Below are positions 14,302-20,000 of a stretch of 20,000 nt of DNA, piece by piece. The notes below the pieces were generated by a model, which saw only the letters and a list, made by a program, of their open reading frames with translations, made no database searches and was not told the origin of the DNA. A program made the position numbers and the translations under genes. Each line of letters opens with the position of its first letter. Position 1 is the first letter of the stretch. Source of the DNA: an uncultured virus (IMG/VR IMGVR_UViG_3300010049_000003) (taxonomy: Duplodnaviria > Heunggongvirae > Uroviricota > Caudoviricetes). The stretch lies in IMG/VR virus record IMGVR_UViG_3300010049_000003, one strand, 5' to 3'.

Positions 14302-14874
14302 ATGTCTGCATTTCCTGCACCGTTTGGCCTGAAGCCACTCTACCATCCCAGCGGAGTGATTCGTCCAAAAGCTTCGGATGTGGCTTCTGGTTATGCGACT
14401 AATCTGTTTATGTATACGCCGGTTAACCTGGCCCCTGGGACAGGCACTGGTCTAGTGATTGCGGCGGGGTCACCGATTGCGGGGCCTGCCGTCGGTTCTT
14501 TCCTTGGCGTCGAGTTTACTCCTTCTACAGGGCGCCGTCAATATCAGCCCTGGTGGCCTGGTAATCAGGTGGCTCAGCAGATCGTGGCTTATTACACCGA
14601 CGATCAGTTGATTACCTATGAAGTCCAGGCGAATGGCTCGGTGAACGAGTCTCATCAGGGAAATCAGGCTAACATGACGGCGGAGGCTGGGAATTTGATA
14701 ACCGGCTTTTCTACGTCAGCCCTGGATGTTGCGACATTGACCAATAGCGGTAATGCGCTTGTCAAGATAATTGGTCTGTCGTATGGGCCGTTGAACGCAT
14801 GGGGTGATGCCTACACAATTGTGCAGGTACAGATCGCCAATCATACGTTTACAGCTACTCGCGTCGCGCAGTAA
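14302..14874 (+). CDS. Putative capsid decoration/cement protein (190 aa)
   Basis: APFGLKP N-terminus, beta-rich Gly/Ala/Thr composition, immediately upstream of the MCP. Confidence 0.7.
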   Translation: MSAFPAPFGLKPLYHPSGVIRPKASDVASGYATNLFMYTPVNLAPGTGTGLVIAAGSPIAGPAVGSFLGVEFTPSTGRRQYQPWWPGNQVAQQIVAYYTDDQLITYEVQANGSVNESHQGNQANMTAEAGNLITGFSTSALDVATLTNSGNALVKIIGLSYGPLNAWGDAYTIVQVQIANHTFTATRVAQ

Positions 14875-14883
14875 GGAGGAGTT

Positions 14884-15804
14884 ATGGCAGTTCCGATGCG
14901 ATCGACTGACTTCCGGTCAGTTGTTGAGCCTATTCTTAATGAAGTGTTTGATGGTGTTTATGACCAGAGAGCTGATGAATGGAAGATGGTGTTTAAAGAG
15001 TTCACAGGTACTCCTCGAGCCTATCATGAGGAGCCGGTACTCTTTGGTTTTGGAGCGGCCCCTGAGCTGCCTGATGGCACCCCGGTTAATTACCAGGCCG
15101 GTGGTGTATTGTTTATTCAGCGATTGGTCTACAAAGTCTATGGATTGGCATTCGCTCTCACCAAGGTTCTGGTGGAGGACGGAGATCATATTTCTATCGG
15201 CAGGACCTATGCCGAGCATCTTGCGCAGTCTCTGATTGAGACCAAGGAGACGCTGTGCGCCAACATCCTAAACTTTGCGTTTAATGCAGCGTTCATTGGT
15301 GGTGATGGCGTGCCGTTGGTAGCGCCCAATCACCCGCTGGCGCCTCCTGCGGGGTCATTCAGTAACCAGATGACTACGGCTGCGGCCCTGTCGCAGACTT
15401 CGGTCGAGCAGTTGCTGATCCAGATCCGACAGGCGGTGGATAATAACGGTAAGCGCATCCGTCTTAACCCCGAGCAGATTATATGTGCTCCGGGAAATGT
15501 GTTTCAGGCAGAAGTAATCTTGAAGTCGGTATTGCGGGCCGGGACCGCCAATAATGACATTAATCCGATCAAGAGCATCGGGTTGTTGCATCGGGGGCAG
15601 GCGAATCTTACCCGTCTAACCAGTGCCACTGCTTGGTGGATTCAGACAAACGCGCCAAAGGGTATGGTTCTGGCAATGCGCCGTAGGCTGGAGAAGTCGA
15701 TGGAAGGCGACTTTGACACGGACAGCATGAGGTACAAGGCCACAGAGCGTTATAACCCGAATTGGATTGACCCACGCGCGGTCTACGGGACTCCGGGCCT
15801 GTAA
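14884..15804 (+). CDS. Major capsid protein (306 aa)
   Basis: TAAGGAG SD; GFGAAPELPDG, GGDGVPL...HPL, EGDFDTDSMRYKATERY and DPRAVYGTPG motifs typical of this HK97-fold MCP group. Confidence 0.9.
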   Translation: MAVPMRSTDFRSVVEPILNEVFDGVYDQRADEWKMVFKEFTGTPRAYHEEPVLFGFGAAPELPDGTPVNYQAGGVLFIQRLVYKVYGLAFALTKVLVEDGDHISIGRTYAEHLAQSLIETKETLCANILNFAFNAAFIGGDGVPLVAPNHPLAPPAGSFSNQMTTAAALSQTSVEQLLIQIRQAVDNNGKRIRLNPEQIICAPGNVFQAEVILKSVLRAGTANNDINPIKSIGLLHRGQANLTRLTSATAWWIQTNAPKGMVLAMRRRLEKSMEGDFDTDSMRYKATERYNPNWIDPRAVYGTPGL

Positions 15805-15814
15805 GGAGAGCAGT

Positions 15815-16540
15815 ATGTTTGATATCAGCGTAACCCGCTGGCAAAATGGCATGACGAATGCCAGGGACACGGAAACGCTCTCCGACCTGCCTTTGCCGAA
15901 CCGCATGAGGTTAAGTGAGCTTTCCGATGATTTTCATCAGTTTAATGAGTTAGTGTGGAGTGGTCTGGGGTTTCTGCCGCAGCCAGCTGATAAGGGCATT
16001 ATCCAGGGGACAGGGTTCCTGAAGAACCTGCAGCCTACATTTCGGATGAATAAAGGTTTCCGGATGTGGGCGGATTTCTTATTCGGTATCAATGCACTTA
16101 CTGGCCATCTGCGGGTAGGACTGGTTGATGGGCCTGCGACAATTTCGAACACCGTAACCGATGGTATTTATATGCGTACCGCCGGGACGGCCAATATCGA
16201 TGTCGTATTGTCGGTTAATAGCCAGTTATTGGTGCAGACTGGGGCTGCACGCCTGGTGGATCCGGCGGGGTATGAGCATCCTATCACCTTCCAACTTTAT
16301 TGGGATGGTGGTTTGTATGCCTCGGCTCCGAATGGTCGGATTGTTTGGGAAATCTCAGGCCCAGGGATAGTGACCCCGGCACGGGGATCGTTTGGTGGTT
16401 CGTCGGCGTATCCATTCCCTGATGGATTCCCCCGTTCTACCATGTTGACTCCGGGCATTGGGTCCACTGCTGCCATGCAGATCGACATGTTGGCAGTCTA
16501 TAAGGATCGGTTTAACATCCTGATGAACCCGACGTTCTAA
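15815..16540 (+). CDS. Putative virion structural protein (beta-sandwich, 241 aa)
   Basis: TAAGGAG SD before ATG 15815; beta-rich; follows the MCP. Confidence 0.7.
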   Translation: MFDISVTRWQNGMTNARDTETLSDLPLPNRMRLSELSDDFHQFNELVWSGLGFLPQPADKGIIQGTGFLKNLQPTFRMNKGFRMWADFLFGINALTGHLRVGLVDGPATISNTVTDGIYMRTAGTANIDVVLSVNSQLLVQTGAARLVDPAGYEHPITFQLYWDGGLYASAPNGRIVWEISGPGIVTPARGSFGGSSAYPFPDGFPRSTMLTPGIGSTAAMQIDMLAVYKDRFNILMNPTF

Positions 16541-16549
16541 GGAGGTTCC

Positions 16550-16825
16550 ATGCGACCGATTCGGATAACAGGGGTTACCGGGACAACTGTCCCGGTTCCT
16601 CTCGATGTCTATACTATCGGCCCTCAGACTGCAGTACGGGTGACTGGTGGCACTTTACAGACGACTGTGGATAATGTTTTTGACCTAGATATCACTCCTG
16701 TGTGGGAGGCTGCTCCCCCCGCTATTGCGGGTATCCATTATATCCCAGCCGGGATAAGGGCTGTACGGGCTACTGGTATGACGCCTTCAAGTGTTCTTGT
16801 TGTATCACAGCAGGGGATACGATAA
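16550..16825 (+). CDS. Small virion protein (91 aa)
   Basis: TAAGGAGG SD; MRPI...PLD...T-x-DNV...IRAVR...QQG. Confidence 0.75.
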   Translation: MRPIRITGVTGTTVPVPLDVYTIGPQTAVRVTGGTLQTTVDNVFDLDITPVWEAAPPAIAGIHYIPAGIRAVRATGMTPSSVLVVSQQGIR

Positions 16826-17553
16826 TGCAAGGCTTCAGAAATACGACTAAGATGAAGATGTGTCACGATGTTGACACTAGGCCCCGTGCTCCCGGGACGT
16901 GGCATGGGCAATTGAAGCGAACTCTGGCTGATAAGTTTCAATCCGGGGGCCTGGTCATTCCTAGGCCGAGTGGGGCTGGAGGCATTGGGCGAAGTATGAG
17001 GCCGATGATGCCAGCTACTCGGCCTATTATGCCCAGGCCTCGGGTGATGCCTAATATTAAGGCTGCATCAATGCGGCCTCATCGAATGTTTGCTCATGGC
17101 GGTGCTATTAAAATGACGGCTGAGCCTCGGGAGACGGGGTCAGCGGTGGAACGACGAGGAGGGAGACATGCCTACTCCAACTTGCAACGCGAATATCCGG
17201 ATTCTCCGAAACTTCGTCCGGGCTACCGTAAGGGCGGCATACATATTAAGCCTCAGAACCGTGGCAAATTCACGAAAGAAATGACTGGGAGCAAGTCTGG
17301 GAAGCTTACTGATAAGGATGTATCGCGGGGCCTACACTCTGGGTCGGCAGCGACACGTAGGCGTGCCAATTTTGCGCGGATGGCTCGAAGGCATTTTAAA
17401 CCCTTGACGAAAGGTGGGGTAGTTTGTAAGGCAGAGGGTGGGAGCCTAACATTCAAGAAATGGGCGCAGCAGGAAGCAGCGGAGCCTGCGCATCGGGGTG
17501 GGAGGAAAAACCTTGCGTTTATGAGTAAGCCCCTGTTTGGGAGCAATGACTGA
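16825..17553 (+). CDS. Very basic protein (242 aa) with repeated [FY]xxGG motifs; putative internal virion protein
   Basis: The TAATG overlap gives start 16825 (MQGFRNTTKM...). Arg/Lys-rich, with FQSGG, FAHGG, YRKGG, LTKGG and KAEGG. Confidence 0.75.
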   Translation: MQGFRNTTKMKMCHDVDTRPRAPGTWHGQLKRTLADKFQSGGLVIPRPSGAGGIGRSMRPMMPATRPIMPRPRVMPNIKAASMRPHRMFAHGGAIKMTAEPRETGSAVERRGGRHAYSNLQREYPDSPKLRPGYRKGGIHIKPQNRGKFTKEMTGSKSGKLTDKDVSRGLHSGSAATRRRANFARMARRHFKPLTKGGVVCKAEGGSLTFKKWAQQEAAEPAHRGGRKNLAFMSKPLFGSND

Positions 17554-18635
17554 TGTTATCTACCTCTGGCACAATCGGGCATACGCAGTTCAGTACCCAG
17601 TTAGTGATTGACCATGCCTTTCGTGGCGTGCGGATGGTGCCGGGGCAGATTGCGGGGGAAGATATACAGACAGCTCATGAGCAGTTAAGCCTTATGTTAT
17701 CGTCGTGGGCGAATGACGGTACACCATTATGGTGCCAGACGAAGTACACTCTGCCTCTGGTGCAGGGGAAAAAAGAATTGGCTCTTGCTGAGTATTTTCC
17801 GGGTATTGTGGATATCCTCCAGGCGAATCTGCAGACGACAAATCGTTTCTGGGGCCATGTGATGGCCGACCCAAATGCCACAGGGATGGCCAGGAATGTA
17901 CAGGATACCGATTCTTGGACGTCTTGTCAGACAGGCCCCGGTGGTTGGGTCATGATGCGATTATTTCCTGCCCAGTCAGTGACGATCGTGGGCCTTATGC
18001 CGTTAAATAAAAGCATATGGAATTTCCAATTGCAATGGTCGCATGATAGCAAGAATTGGGTAACATTTTTTACAGGGACAGATGTCCATATCGATGCCCG
18101 TACATTCAAGTGGTATGATACGTCAACGTTTGGGCCACAGCCCCTGGCCTCATTTTGGCGCATTGTAGCAACAGCAGATTCGTCACTCAATATCGCAGAG
18201 TTGTATTGGGGCAATAATCAGCAGGAGATTCCGATAACTAGAATTAACAAGGATGATTACTGGCAGCTTCCGAATAAGGATTTTCAGGGCCGTCCTGTGC
18301 AGTATTGGTGTGATCGGCAGATGTTTGGACCTAAGATGTGGCTGTGGCCTGCTCCCGGGTTTCAATTTGTATATAGTCAGGTGCCGGTGCTGGCGCATAG
18401 GCATATAATGGATATCGGCCAGATGACGGATGTGGTCGAAGTACCACAACGTGTTTACGATGCGGTATGGACATCGCTGGCCGAACGTCTTCGTATTGTG
18501 ATTCCGACGGTAGACAAGGATGCGACGCAGGATATCCCGATGGTTGCGGGACAGGCACGCAAGTTGTTCTGGGGTGAGGAGAGGGATGATAGCCCAATCC
18601 AACTAAGGCTCAACATTTCGCCATACACAGCATGA
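17553..18635 (+). CDS. Putative head-tail connector/adaptor with an inserted discoidin-like domain
   Basis: N-terminal TSGT...LSLMLSSWANDG and C-terminal LPNKDFQGRPVQYW...LWPAP...VPQR adaptor-like segments flank a Trp-rich beta domain. Confidence 0.65.
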   Translation: MLSTSGTIGHTQFSTQLVIDHAFRGVRMVPGQIAGEDIQTAHEQLSLMLSSWANDGTPLWCQTKYTLPLVQGKKELALAEYFPGIVDILQANLQTTNRFWGHVMADPNATGMARNVQDTDSWTSCQTGPGGWVMMRLFPAQSVTIVGLMPLNKSIWNFQLQWSHDSKNWVTFFTGTDVHIDARTFKWYDTSTFGPQPLASFWRIVATADSSLNIAELYWGNNQQEIPITRINKDDYWQLPNKDFQGRPVQYWCDRQMFGPKMWLWPAPGFQFVYSQVPVLAHRHIMDIGQMTDVVEVPQRVYDAVWTSLAERLRIVIPTVDKDATQDIPMVAGQARKLFWGEERDDSPIQLRLNISPYTA

Positions 18636-19108
18636 GTAAGTATCTAATTCCGGCAGTCGGGCAGACGACATATGGTATAGCCATATGCGATCGCTGTCGT
18701 ATGAAGCGTTTTCTAGATGACCTTGAGCAGGATCCTACGTATCCTGGTCTGCGAGTATGCAGTAGAGAAAAGATCAGGGATGGTTGTAAGGATGACTTTG
18801 ATCCGTGGCGGTTGCCGATGCGACCAACGGAGAAGATTACATTACCTTTTAATCGTCCCGATGTATTGTTGGGCCTGACTCCACCACGGACGCTGGATGA
18901 AAGGCCAGCGCCATTTGATTACACTGTTGATCAATTTGGGGCCCTTCAGCCGCCGACTTCTGGGGATCGGGCCACACTCAATAATCGATCAATTCAGGCG
19001 ATAGTCCCGGGCCCTCCGGCAGGGGGTGTGAGTCCGGTGAGACTGTTCCTCGTGGATTCATTCGGTACGGTAATTATTTATACGCCGGCTCCAGGGACGG
19101 CGCAATAG
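18632..19108 (+). CDS. Phage protein with a CDRC...C...C Zn-binding motif
   Basis: AICDRC...LRVC...CKDDFDP; ATGA overlap. Confidence 0.7.
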   Translation: MSKYLIPAVGQTTYGIAICDRCRMKRFLDDLEQDPTYPGLRVCSREKIRDGCKDDFDPWRLPMRPTEKITLPFNRPDVLLGLTPPRTLDERPAPFDYTVDQFGALQPPTSGDRATLNNRSIQAIVPGPPAGGVSPVRLFLVDSFGTVIIYTPAPGTAQ

Positions 19109-19115
19109 GTGAACC

Positions 19116-20000
19116 ATGGGTATTACAATCTCGCAACTTCCAGTAGGTGTTATACCCCCTGAGGGGACCGAAGCAGTTCCTGCAGTTCAGGGTGGGGTAA
19201 CAGTTCAGTTACCTATAGGGCTATCGATAAACACGTTGGATGAGGTCGGAGATGTAAGTCTTTCTGGTGCTCTTCAGGACGGGCAGGTACTCACGGTTCA
19301 GGATGGGGTTTGGACAAATCTATTTCCTGATATCCCTGATCCGCCATCTTTTGATAGTCTCCCCGGGTTGAATATTACCAACCCGCAGCCGGGAGACGTT
19401 ATTACCTGGGACGGTAGCGATTGGGTAAACTCTCAAGTAGAGGGCTGGCCTCCTACTCCCCCTGTTACCGCCCCCCTCCCCTGGTCTTTCGTCGGTTTGA
19501 ACGGCGCGGGGGTGACGATAGATGAGAACGGTAATGTCACCATAGTCAGTGCGCCGGCTACCGCGCCGGGGCAATGGATGTGGCAGATCGGTAACGGTCT
19601 TGGTCCTTCCGGTGCGCCAGTAGGCATGTCCTATGGGTTTCGGATAAATGCCGGTACTAATGATACTGATATTTGCTTTCAGCTTCGTAGTGATGACGGC
19701 AGCTCGGAGTTCTTTACCGTCTGGGGAGATGGCACGATTACCGGTTTGAATCTTCCGCAGGGGCCGGCGGGTGCTACGGGTCCGCAGGGGCCAGTAGGAG
19801 CAACCGGGCCGGTCGGTCCGGTCGGGCCTGCGGGTGCGGACGGTGCCGATGGGGCGGACGGTGCCGACGGTACGAGTATTAATATCAAGGGAACTTTGGA
19901 TGATCCCGCGCAGCTTCCGGAGGAGGGGCAGCCGGGAGATGTCTGGATGATCAATGGCGTAATGTGGGTTTGGAACTCTACTAGTAATGTCTGGCAGAAT
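19116..20000 (+). CDS. Tail fibre/appendage protein with collagen-like repeats (3' truncated), not in ORF track
   Basis: Open from ATG 19116 to the window end. MGITISQLP..., two GQVL/GDVI...W-x-N fibre repeats, and 13 Gly-X-Y triplets at 19761-19877. Confidence 0.85.
   Translation, partial: MGITISQLPVGVIPPEGTEAVPAVQGGVTVQLPIGLSINTLDEVGDVSLSGALQDGQVLTVQDGVWTNLFPDIPDPPSFDSLPGLNITNPQPGDVITWDGSDWVNSQVEGWPPTPPVTAPLPWSFVGLNGAGVTIDENGNVTIVSAPATAPGQWMWQIGNGLGPSGAPVGMSYGFRINAGTNDTDICFQLRSDDGSSEFFTVWGDGTITGLNLPQGPAGATGPQGPVGATGPVGPVGPAGADGADGADGADGTSINIKGTLDDPAQLPEEGQPGDVWMINGVMWVWNSTSNVWQN

Noticed and set aside
7058..15804. Introns, inteins or stop-codon recoding in core genes
   Set aside because: TerL, portal and MCP are continuous, of ordinary length, and end at standard stops.

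Overview
A 20-kb segment of a tailed dsDNA phage (Caudoviricetes). The P22-type portal with scaffold and no recognisable prohead protease suggests a podovirus-like head module. Layout: (i) 1-2202, a leftward cluster of small early-type genes, including Zn-finger proteins and an Ala/Lys-rich protein. (ii) About 2203-3500, a GC-rich, essentially non-coding divergent control region packed with host-factor sites: four consensus sigma54 (-24/-12) elements, a CTGT-N8-ACAG LexA-type box, two chromosomal-type parS sites (one perfect) and a 33-bp-periodic array of promoter-like units. (iii) 3509-6365, a rightward accessory cluster with a 2-TM holin-like protein, a lipoprotein, two PEP-CTERM (exosortase-substrate) proteins, low-complexity peptides and two non-canonical tRNA genes. 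(iv) 6365-20000, the packaging and morphogenesis operon: TerS, TerL, portal, small basic and His-rich proteins, GroES-like co-chaperonin, scaffold, decoration protein, major capsid protein, head-tail connector and the start of a collagen-containing fibre. The most unusual features are the phage-encoded PEP-CTERM proteins downstream of a sigma54 promoter, the parS/sigma54/LexA site hub and the deviant tRNAs. All calls come from manual reading of the sequence; no database searches were run.
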